DNA from: Candidatus Heimdallarchaeota archaeon AB_125
GTDB lineage: Archaea > Asgardarchaeota > Heimdallarchaeia > Heimdallarchaeales > Heimdallarchaeaceae
Direction: 5' to 3'
Assembly (NCBI GenBank): GCA_001940755.1
Contig: MEHH01000030.1
Span: 1-15,617 of the forward strand
DNA length: 15,617 nt
Part shown: positions 6,649 through 13,484 of the stretch, one piece after another
Layout of the letters: every line of letters starts with the position of its first letter
Numbering within the stretch: the first letter of the stretch is position 1
Position numbers and translations under genes: made by a program
Notes under the pieces: model-generated
What the model was told of the DNA's origin: nothing
What the model saw: the letters and a program-made list of their open reading frames with translations, nothing else
Database searches by the model: none

Positions 6649-6981
6649 GTGATCTCAGAGAAATTTAAGAGAAAGATTCAAGCAATATGGATTTCATTCA
6701 GACCTTTTCTGATTTTCTTATTAGTAATAGCTATTTTGTTTGCTATAGCTCTGCTCATTATAGCTTTGGTTTGGTTATTTGATGATAATAACGTTACTTT
6801 CCTAATTCTTGTAATTATAGACTTCTCTGTTCTTGGAATTTTTGCTATAGGATTCTTAGCTTTTGGATTCCAGTATGTAATATCATTACTAATAGAAAAA
6901 GAAGAAGTAAAATGTATCAATTGTGGAAAGACAATATCGAGTAAAGCTAAAATCTGCTCTGAATGTGGTGTAGAGCAGTAA
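6649..6981 (+). CDS. Small membrane protein (2-3 TM helices) with a C-terminal zinc ribbon
   Basis: It has a GTG start with AAGGAG 6 nt upstream and a TATA-like tcttataaaaaag about 65 nt upstream. The hydrophobic core is FLIFLLVIAILFAIALLIIALVWL... and the C-terminus is CINCGKTISSKAKICSECG. The antisense ORF 6678..7022 is probably spurious. Confidence 0.6.
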   Translation: MISEKFKRKIQAIWISFRPFLIFLLVIAILFAIALLIIALVWLFDDNNVTFLILVIIDFSVLGIFAIGFLAFGFQYVISLLIEKEEVKCINCGKTISSKAKICSECGVEQ

Positions 6982-7009
6982 TAAGCGCAAATCAACACTA
7001 AAAGACTAA

Positions 7010-7441
7010 CTAAATATAACAAACTAAGATTTCAATTTCTGAATCACTAAACACTTCATGTATTATATCTCTAACTTTATTCCATTCTAGTTTATCTATT
7101 CCACTGCCTACTTTAGGCATCGCTAACTTCTTGATGCTCTTCTCTACGCATATTTCTCTCATTCTTTCTAATGCTTGTTTCATAGTTTCATAGGTAGGTT
7201 TGTGAAAAACTAGATTCTTTGTAATTAAATTGAATACTCTCCCTAATAGAATGCAAGTTGGATGATCTAGAACTGAAGGATTTTCTTTCTTTATCTGCCT
7301 GAATTGTTCTTTTAGATCAAATTTCTTGTTGAATGGAACTGCTATTCCTCCTCCCATAACGAAATCTGAGCTTATGCAATGAGCAAGATAATAGTCTTCA
7401 GACACAGTAAAAAGATCTTTTTGTAATTCTTGATAATGCAT
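7010..7441 (-). CDS. Macrodomain protein of the TARG1/OARD1 (C6orf130)/Poa1-like type; putative ADP-ribose/O-acetyl-ADP-ribose hydrolase
   Basis: [38 protein letters not shown] and [24 protein letters not shown]...IEILVCYI align by eye with human TARG1 as I recall it ([54 protein letters not shown]..IEEVF). The Lys (HKPTYE) and Asp (GxGxD) that are catalytic in TARG1 are both present. Confidence 0.75.
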   Translation of the reverse strand: [143 protein letters not shown]

Positions 7442-7476
7442 CTCATATCACATTTTTCTGATTTTTCTTATTCATT

Positions 7477-9210
7477 CTATTTCATATCTTTTTCAGCTAA
7501 ATATCTTCTTTCAATTTTTTCTTTATCTATAGACATTGTAAATCTCGATTTAATCCAAATAGTCAAGTTCTTTATCATTTTAACTGTTACTTTGTATTTT
7601 CTCTCAATAATAACAGCTGCTACAACTGTACCAATCCATACGGGTAAGAGATATCCAGCATATAAAACGGACCAGTTATCCCATTTTTGTGGATTTAAAC
7701 CTCTTCTGTATTCTTTCAAGTTGATTATCCCATCTGAATCCGAATCCAAGTTTGAATCATCAAGGAGAGGATCGAGATTATATTCATATTCCCAGTTATC
7801 TAGCATTCCGTCTGAATCACTATCTGGATTTGATATGTTTGTACCAGCAAATGTTTCACATAGATCACTCATATAATCTCCATCACTATCAATGTGACCA
7901 TGATTTCTGTAATCTCCTCTAAAGCTCCACCACGAACTTTGACTTGGTTGAGCTTCAGGATATTGAATACATACAAGATTTCCGGGATCTGGATTAGCTA
8001 CAATCTCTACGATTCCATCATCATTTAGATCTCCTATTGCATAACTAGAAAACCAGCACTTACCAATATCTAAAACTAACTCTTGGGTTCCATTTTCATC
8101 ATATATCTCTATACCATGAGTAGTCCCAAACAATATTTCTATATCATTATCTCCGTCAACATCTGATAATGCTATATGAGAACTACCAATTCCAGCTAAA
8201 CTGCTTGTATTCCACTTTTGTAATCCATTGCTACCTAAACAAACAAGAATTGAAGTATAGATATCTTCTAACAATATTACTAACTCCATTTGATTATCAT
8301 TGTCGAAATCTGCAAAACTAGGAGCATAATGAATTAAGTGATGATAGCTTTGGGATGAATTATGATAACTTCCAGTATTATACTTCCACCTCAATGTTCC
8401 ATTATGATTGAAACAGTAGACAAATTGTCTTAAAGTAGTCACGAACAACTCTAAATTTCCATCATTGTCTATATCAGCAAAATTTGTCCATCGAGGATCA
8501 TCGTTGTACCACGCATCTAAAAGATCATAGCTCCATTTAACAGTTCCATTTGAATCAAATACATAAAGCTGCTCATCCTTTGGAAGAACAATAATATCTA
8601 AACTTCCGTCTTGATCTAAATCTATAATGTTAGGAGAAGAGTATGTTTCATAGCCTTCGGTTGATACATTTAATAGCCTAACCACCTTTCCCCTAGAATT
8701 TAAGATAAAGGGTGTACTTCTATCAGGTTGAATAACAATTTCCAATCTATCATCACCCTCTAAATTTCCTATTGCAGGAAGACTATGCTCTGTATCACTA
8801 AAATCTGTATTTTTCCACATTAATCGTCCTTTATGACTTATGCAATATATCCCATATCTTGCCGCAAAGATTATTTCCATTTTGCCATCTCGATCTACAT
8901 CACTCACACTATAGTAGTCACAAAAACCTGTTATGTCTCTGAAATAAAATTTCCATATTGTTTTTCCAGAAGAATCAAAACATATAAGTCTTGGATTTGT
9001 TCCATAATCATCAGTAATAACAGCTAACACTTCCTTTCTTCCATCCTGATCTATATCTGCAATTGTTATTGATCCTTCCACATCTTCAAATTCTCTTATC
9101 CACAATGCTAGATCTAAATCATCAGATGCTGATTGAGTAAAGGTAACATTTGAGGTAAGAAACAAAACTGTGAAAATAAAAGAAATACTCCACAACCTAA
9201 TAATTTTCAT
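7477..9210 (-). CDS. Type-I membrane surface protein: signal peptide, about 8 FG-GAP/VCBS Ca-binding beta-propeller repeats, TSP3-like Asp-rich repeats, C-terminal TM helix and a 42-aa cytoplasmic tail
   Basis: The signal peptide is MKIIRLWSISFIFTVLFLTSNVTFTQSA. DxDxDG-type loops recur at regular spacing (DIDQDGRKEVL, DVDRDGKMEII, DLDQDGSLDII, DIDNDGNLELF, DFDNDNQMELV, DVDGDNDIEIL, DLNDDGIVEIV). These are followed by DSDGDYMSD / NPDSDSDGMLDNWE / DSDSDGIINLKE. The TM helix is SVLYAGYLLPVWIGTVVAAVII (nt 7606-7671), then ERKYK. Confidence 0.75.
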   Translation of the reverse strand: MKIIRLWSISFIFTVLFLTSNVTFTQSASDDLDLALWIREFEDVEGSITIADIDQDGRKEVLAVITDDYGTNPRLICFDSSGKTIWKFYFRDITGFCDYYSVSDVDRDGKMEIIFAARYGIYCISHKGRLMWKNTDFSDTEHSLPAIGNLEGDDRLEIVIQPDRSTPFILNSRGKVVRLLNVSTEGYETYSSPNIIDLDQDGSLDIIVLPKDEQLYVFDSNGTVKWSYDLLDAWYNDDPRWTNFADIDNDGNLELFVTTLRQFVYCFNHNGTLRWKYNTGSYHNSSQSYHHLIHYAPSFADFDNDNQMELVILLEDIYTSILVCLGSNGLQKWNTSSLAGIGSSHIALSDVDGDNDIEILFGTTHGIEIYDENGTQELVLDIGKCWFSSYAIGDLNDDGIVEIVANPDPGNLVCIQYPEAQPSQSSWWSFRGDYRNHGHIDSDGDYMSDLCETFAGTNISNPDSDSDGMLDNWEYEYNLDPLLDDSNLDSDSDGIINLKEYRRGLNPQKWDNWSVLYAGYLLPVWIGTVVAAVIIERKYKVTVKMIKNLTIWIKSRFTMSIDKEKIERRYLAEKDMK

Positions 9211-9263
9211 AAAAACACAATAATCTGTTCGAATTTAAATATCCTTTGGTTTCAAGAGAAGGA

Positions 9264-9271
9264 TTTAAAAT
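9264..9271 (+). promoter_or_regulatory. TTTAAAAT TATA box upstream of the 9307 tRNA
   Basis: Same octamer as at 6341 and 10921. It lies 43 nt upstream of tRNA position 1. Confidence 0.55.
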
Positions 9272-9306
9272 CTAACTAGTAGAACAAAAGATGTAATCAA
9301 CAAACT

Positions 9307-9381
9307 AGCCCTATGGTGTAGTGGCCAAGCATTGTAGGTTTCGGTCTGCAGACGGAAGTTCGAATCTTCCTAGGGCTACCA
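9307..9381 (+). tRNA. tRNA-like gene with an irregular anticodon arm; identity ambiguous (Arg-UCG in the standard register, or an 8-nt loop containing UUC/UCG); encoded CCA
   Basis: The acceptor AGCCCTA/TAGGGCT (A1:U72), D arm GTGT-AGTGGCCAA-GCAT and T arm GGAAG-TTCGAAT-CTTCC are all good, followed by discriminator A and CCA. The anticodon stem is the problem. The standard register GTAGG/CTGCA gives only 2 pairs. Shifting by one nt gives 5 pairs, TGTAG (9333-9337)/CTGCA (9346-9350), with an 8-nt loop GTTTCGGT. Confidence 0.6.
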
Positions 9382-9399
9382 GTTTCTTTTATTCTTCTT

Positions 9400-10119
9400 T
9401 TACCAAGGTAACTCATTACCTTCCCAATCAAAGAATTTACCGGTTTCTTCTATAGACAGATTATCAATTACATTTCTAATTCCTTTAATTGATTCATATG
9501 TGGTTAGAGGAGCATTTTCAGTATATTCCATAGTGGTCTTGACCCATCCAGGATGAATGGAAACAACAGTTATTCCATCTTCTTCTAGATCAACAGAAAG
9601 TGCTTTAGTGATCATATTCAATGCCGCTTTACTAGCACTATAACTATATCCTCCTCCTTTTCGACTTCTTCTTCCAATACTCCCACTTGTTGATGAAATG
9701 TTGATAATAATTGGATTTTCTCCGTTTTTAATAAGTGGTAAAAATCTCTCAATAATAAGAACTGGAGCAATTGTGTTTACAGAAAATATTCTTTCAAAAT
9801 TCTCTTTATACAACTTACCTAGTTCATCATTGTACTTCTCTTGTGCCCCGAAACGGATTCCTGCATTGTTGATCAGTATATCTAAACCCTCCACTTCTTG
9901 AGAGACTATTGTAAAAGCATTATCAATTGAATCTTTATCAGAGACATCTAAATCAACTAAAATTAATCTATCTTGAAATTTGCCTTTTAATTCTAATAGT
10001 TCTGGATACTTTGATGGATTTCTATTGCAAGCTATAATTTTGTCTCCATTATCTAGGAGTTGTCTTACAAATTCGAATCCTAATCCTCTACTACTTCCAG
10101 TTATCAAAATCCTTCTCAT
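9400..10119 (-). CDS. Short-chain dehydrogenase/reductase, sniffer/C-factor-like classical SDR (paralog A)
   Basis: TGSSRGLGFEF (TGxxxGxG), NNAGI, YSYSASKAALN (YxxxK), HPGWVKT, and a C-terminal ...GNELPW. Confidence 0.85.
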   Translation of the reverse strand: MRRILITGSSRGLGFEFVRQLLDNGDKIIACNRNPSKYPELLELKGKFQDRLILVDLDVSDKDSIDNAFTIVSQEVEGLDILINNAGIRFGAQEKYNDELGKLYKENFERIFSVNTIAPVLIIERFLPLIKNGENPIIINISSTSGSIGRRSRKGGGYSYSASKAALNMITKALSVDLEEDGITVVSIHPGWVKTTMEYTENAPLTTYESIKGIRNVIDNLSIEETGKFFDWEGNELPW

Positions 10120-10145
10120 AACTATCTTTCCTATATGTCAAATAT

Positions 10146-10865
10146 CTACCAGGGAACTTCTTTTCCTTCTCTATCAAGAAATTTACCAGAATCTGAGAGT
10201 CCACTTCTTTCAGTTAAATCAATTATTTGTGATATTGGTTCTTCTATTTCCAATGGAGCATTCGAACCACCCATATCTGTTTTTATCCACCCTGGGTGAA
10301 TTGCTAATGCAACTATTCCTTTATCCCTCAAATCATTTGATAAAACTTTTGTAACCATGTTAAGAGCTGCCTTACTTGTTGAATAGGAATATTTGCCGCC
10401 AACATTTCTCAAAGCAATACTTCCATTCTGAGAAGAAATGTTAACTATCTTTGCATTACTGCTATTTTCCAAAAGTGGTAAAAATCTTTCAGACATTAAT
10501 AATGGTGCAATAGTATTGACTAAAAAGACCTTACTAAAGTCTTCTTTGTAAATCTCTCCAAGTACTGAGGATTCTTCCTCATTTCCGGAAATTATTCCTG
10601 CATTATTGATAAGAATATCAATATTATCGAATTCTTTCTCAATTTCTTCAAAAACTGTATTTCGAGACTGCTCATCTGCAACATCAAGTTGTACAATAGT
10701 TAATCTATCAGAAAATCTAGTCTTCATCTCTTTCAAATCATCAGCTTTCTCAGGTTTCCTGCAACTAGCAATAACATAATCTCCTCTTTCAAGATATTGT
10801 TTTGTAAATTCAAATCCTAACCCTCTACTAGCTCCAGTAATGAAAATTTTCTTCATAAAATTCAT
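10146..10865 (-). CDS. Short-chain dehydrogenase/reductase, sniffer/C-factor-like classical SDR (paralog B)
   Basis: TGASRGLGFEF, NNAGI, YSYSTSKAALN, and a C-terminal ...GKEVPW. HPGWIKTDMGGSNAPL is close to the Drosophila sniffer motif HPGWVKTDMGGSSAPL as I recall it. The start is ATG 10865 or ATG 10856. Confidence 0.85.
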   Translation of the reverse strand: MNFMKKIFITGASRGLGFEFTKQYLERGDYVIASCRKPEKADDLKEMKTRFSDRLTIVQLDVADEQSRNTVFEEIEKEFDNIDILINNAGIISGNEEESSVLGEIYKEDFSKVFLVNTIAPLLMSERFLPLLENSSNAKIVNISSQNGSIALRNVGGKYSYSTSKAALNMVTKVLSNDLRDKGIVALAIHPGWIKTDMGGSNAPLEIEEPISQIIDLTERSGLSDSGKFLDREGKEVPW

Positions 10866-10920
10866 AGAAATTAGACATTTATAACAACTTTCTTTGAAGT
10901 TTTGAAGCTTCTACCAAAAC

Positions 10921-10928
10921 TTTAAAAT
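10921..10928 (+). promoter_or_regulatory. TTTAAAAT TATA box upstream of tRNA-Gln(CUG)
   Basis: Same octamer as at 6341 and 9264. It lies 42 nt upstream of tRNA position 1. Confidence 0.55.
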
Positions 10929-10962
10929 TTCCCGTTAATCTACTCAATTCGGTAAGAAGTGA

Positions 10963-11036
10963 AGACCCATCGTCTAGTGGAAGGATACGGGACTCTGGAT
11001 CCTGTGGCAGGCGTTCAAATCGCCTTGGGTCTGCCA
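10963..11036 (+). tRNA. tRNA-Gln(CUG), intron-less, encoded CCA
   Basis: Manual fold:
- acceptor AGACCCA/TGGGTCT (A1:U72)
- D arm GTCT-AGTGGAA-GGAT
- anticodon arm CGGGA-CTCTGGA-TCCTG (CTG at 10995-10997)
- variable region TGGC
- T arm AGGCG-TTCAAAT-CGCCT
- discriminator G, then CCA. Confidence 0.85.
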
Positions 11037-11038
11037 TT

Positions 11039-11515
11039 TTAACATTTTAAGCAATAATTATCTAGATGGATGGTTTTATTATCGCAGTTTGAGCAAAAGA
11101 GAATCTTTGTTTTATCTAAATTGAATTTATTTAGTTTCTCTTCTATTTCAGCTTTAGAGTGATACATTAGAACTACAGTATTTGGACTACCTTCAACCAT
11201 TCTAGAAAGAGGTCTATTCTTTTCATTCAACAAACAAATTACTGGCATATCATTTTGAAGAGCATACATTATTTCCATCCCAACTCCATGAGATGGTTCA
11301 TTAACATCTGCAATTATCCTTGCTGATTGTTGTAACCAATTCATATCTCTCTCAAACACTTCTTTTGATGTGGCATCTTCCATTTTACCAGGAACAAATG
11401 GATTGTATCCTTGTGATTCTGCGAATTTAACAAGAATATCTAGTAAAGAGAAGTCTAGTTGTGTGGCTTTTATCATTGAACAAGCAATGTAAACATTTTT
11501 TTCTCTCTTTATCAT
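11039..11515 (-). CDS. DNPH1/Rcl-like 2'-deoxynucleoside 5'-phosphate N-hydrolase / nucleoside 2-deoxyribosyltransferase-fold protein fused to a C-terminal zinc ribbon
   Basis: ERDMNWLQQSARIIADVNEPSHGVGMEIMYA...PVICLL aligns by eye with mammalian DNPH1 as I recall it (EQDLEWLQQADVVVAEVTQPSLGVGYELGRA...ILCLF). The catalytic Glu in GVGxE and the Asp in the D(L/M)xWL motif are both retained. The C-terminus is CSNCDNKTIHLDNYCLKC. A TATA-like cttttatatt sits about 27 nt upstream of the ATG. Confidence 0.7.
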   Translation of the reverse strand: MIKREKNVYIACSMIKATQLDFSLLDILVKFAESQGYNPFVPGKMEDATSKEVFERDMNWLQQSARIIADVNEPSHGVGMEIMYALQNDMPVICLLNEKNRPLSRMVEGSPNTVVLMYHSKAEIEEKLNKFNLDKTKILFCSNCDNKTIHLDNYCLKC

Positions 11516-11558
11516 TAAACAAAAATAAAATAAAGAAATATAAAAGTAGTTTTCAAGC

Positions 11559-12989
11559 TTAAATCATTACTGCTTGTTCTGATAGCTTCTTTAATCCATT
11601 TAATGCTGTTAATGCTATAGTAGTTTCTTCAATACTAGAGTTCCATAGACCCTCTTTATCTTGAATTGCAGCAAGATAAATGGCAGACTTCTTTAGAGGT
11701 AAGGAATCAGCTGTTTCACTTGGGAGGAGTGATTGAATAACATATCCAGTTGTTCCAATATTCGCTGCCCATGAGCCTTCAATAAATTGGGTTCCAATAA
11801 CAGCTTGAACAAATTGTTGTCTTCTTGTAGGGGCTCTTCTGATATCATGTAATGCCAGCATCATTCTTGCAAACATTTCAATAGGAGTTTTTCCTGTCTG
11901 CGATGTGGAAAATCGAGCATACCCTCTTTTAACAATAATATCAATTGATGCGGAGAAAAGATTAGCCATCTTATCAAGTAATTTAATATTACCGGTAATA
12001 TCTCCAACATAACTCATCATGATATGTAGAGGGGTAGTTCTAGAACGAAGATTTGAAGTAAATCTATTCAACTTATTGATGAAATCCCATTCTGTTTCTT
12101 CAAAAATTGAATCGAAGAATTCAGTTACCAAATCTATTCTAGTATCGAAAATTGTTGGATCAAAGAGACTAAGAACATATAAAACGTAGAACTGTTCATA
12201 TGAGTTATCAATTGTTTCAGCTGTGTCAACTACAGCTTTAAGACTCTCAATAGACTTACCTAAAGTTACAGTTTTCTTACCTTCTTCTGTATTAATTATC
12301 CATTCTGTGTCCTCATTGTATCCTAAAACGTTAAAAAGTTCCAATACACAAGCTGTTTCGAATGTGGGATTAAAGTCTCCCCAGAAACCTTCTTCAGAAA
12401 CTCTGCGTTTCAGCGCATTTAATCCCTTAGTCATAGATTTGTTAATGTTTAGTTCAGCTAATCTCTTGGTCTCAAGACTTTTTTCAAGAAGAGAAAATTG
12501 ATTTTCCAATCCAAAAGTGTCAGACCTATCAGTTCTTGGTATTGAAAACAGGAAATACGCTGATTCTATCACATTAAGGAGAAAGAACAAGACTATTAAC
12601 GCAACACTTATCGAGTCTACTCTTCCTAATGGATCACCTGTTGCTACTTCAATGTAAAATCCAGGTATACTTGCATAAAGAATGATTACAGTGAGAGAAG
12701 CAATTCCTAAAACTGATAATAGTTTATTTGTATTTTCACCAAATATATCTATGAAATAGTGGTTTTCAATATAACTAAGAATCAGAACTAATTCAAAGAA
12801 AAATCCTAATGGGAAGAAAATGTATTTACCTGTTGGGCCCATCGGTGCAAAGGTAATAACGTACAGATACACCAGAGTGATAGCAAAAATGGTTAAACCA
12901 AACACTAATGTTTCAACAAATCTTCTCAGTCCAATCCTTTGCCCAAACTTCAGTACCCTCGAATAAATACGGTAAGTTTCTTGAGTCAT
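11559..12989 (-). CDS. Membrane protein: 4 N-terminal TM helices plus a ~320-aa C-terminal domain with prenyltransferase/terpene-cyclase-like alpha/alpha-toroid repeats
   Basis: Hydrophobic helices lie within aa ~27-148. Later repeats resemble the PF00432-type motif: EEGFWGDFNPTFETACVLELFNVLGY, EGSWAANIGTTGYVIQSLL, KEGLWNSSIEETTIALTALNGL. I recognised no catalytic motif. Confidence 0.55.
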   Translation of the reverse strand: MTQETYRIYSRVLKFGQRIGLRRFVETLVFGLTIFAITLVYLYVITFAPMGPTGKYIFFPLGFFFELVLILSYIENHYFIDIFGENTNKLLSVLGIASLTVIILYASIPGFYIEVATGDPLGRVDSISVALIVLFFLLNVIESAYFLFSIPRTDRSDTFGLENQFSLLEKSLETKRLAELNINKSMTKGLNALKRRVSEEGFWGDFNPTFETACVLELFNVLGYNEDTEWIINTEEGKKTVTLGKSIESLKAVVDTAETIDNSYEQFYVLYVLSLFDPTIFDTRIDLVTEFFDSIFEETEWDFINKLNRFTSNLRSRTTPLHIMMSYVGDITGNIKLLDKMANLFSASIDIIVKRGYARFSTSQTGKTPIEMFARMMLALHDIRRAPTRRQQFVQAVIGTQFIEGSWAANIGTTGYVIQSLLPSETADSLPLKKSAIYLAAIQDKEGLWNSSIEETTIALTALNGLKKLSEQAVMI

Positions 12990-13050
12990 TAGATAAACTA
13001 ACTTAACTTAATATAAAAAAATTGCTGATAAACCGTATAAAAATTAAGCA

Positions 13051-13395
13051 TTATGCAAACACATAAGCTAAAATTATGACCAATACACTAATTATTGTAA
13101 GAGTTCCCATAATCCAAGTCCATTCTTTGAACATTTTACCTGCTTCTTCAGGTTTATCTCTTTTCTTCATTCTGAAGGAAGATGCAATTCCTGCCAAACC
13201 CAATGGATAGAGCATAAAAACGATATTTACAGCGTTGAATGCTTTGTCTCCTAAAAAGATAACAATGAATGAAATTATAAATAATACTGCACCAACAATT
13301 GAGATCAAATCTAAAATCTTGTCACCAAATTCTGTCTTTCCATATTCATCTTTTATGGTTTTGAATGTTTTGCCAATAGTTTGTCGTATGCTCAT
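13051..13395 (-). CDS. Small integral membrane protein (3 TM helices), unknown function
   Basis: Three hydrophobic stretches: ILDLISIVGAVLFIISFIVIFL, IVFMLYPLGLAGIASSF, WIMGTLTIISVLVIILAYVF. A TATA-like gtataaaatag sits about 22 nt upstream of the ATG. Confidence 0.55.
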   Translation of the reverse strand: MSIRQTIGKTFKTIKDEYGKTEFGDKILDLISIVGAVLFIISFIVIFLGDKAFNAVNIVFMLYPLGLAGIASSFRMKKRDKPEEAGKMFKEWTWIMGTLTIISVLVIILAYVFA

Positions 13396-13484
13396 AGATT
13401 TCCCCTATTTTATACTCTCGACTTAAAGACTGATAATCTATTTATAAATCTTCTTTTCTCTTCGGAAATTAGAAACACATTGAT

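Noticed and set aside
6678-7022. Track ORF antisense to the membrane/zinc-ribbon gene
   Set aside because: It is a mirror of a hydrophobic CDS. The sense frame has SD + GTG and a C-terminal double CxxC.
7430-9027. Track ORFs 7430..7876 (+) and 8833..9027 (+) antisense to the FG-GAP gene
   Set aside because: They are low-complexity S/I/F-rich frames inside a strongly repeat-supported CDS.
9340-9357. Alternative reading of the 9307 tRNA as tRNA-Cys, using the well-formed loop-like heptamer CTGCAGA (GCA anticodon)
   Set aside because: The flanking 5-mers (TCGGT/CGGAA) do not pair. The register would also leave no room for the variable region before the clear T arm.
9698-10354. Track ORFs 9698..9901 (+) and 9980..10354 (+) antisense to the SDR genes
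   Set aside because: The opposite-strand frames carry complete SDR motif sets. These are shadows.
9307-11036. Integrated mobile element between the two tRNA genes
   Set aside because: There is no integrase, transposase or plasmid/virus gene. I saw no direct repeat of either tRNA 3' end. The content is two housekeeping-type SDRs.
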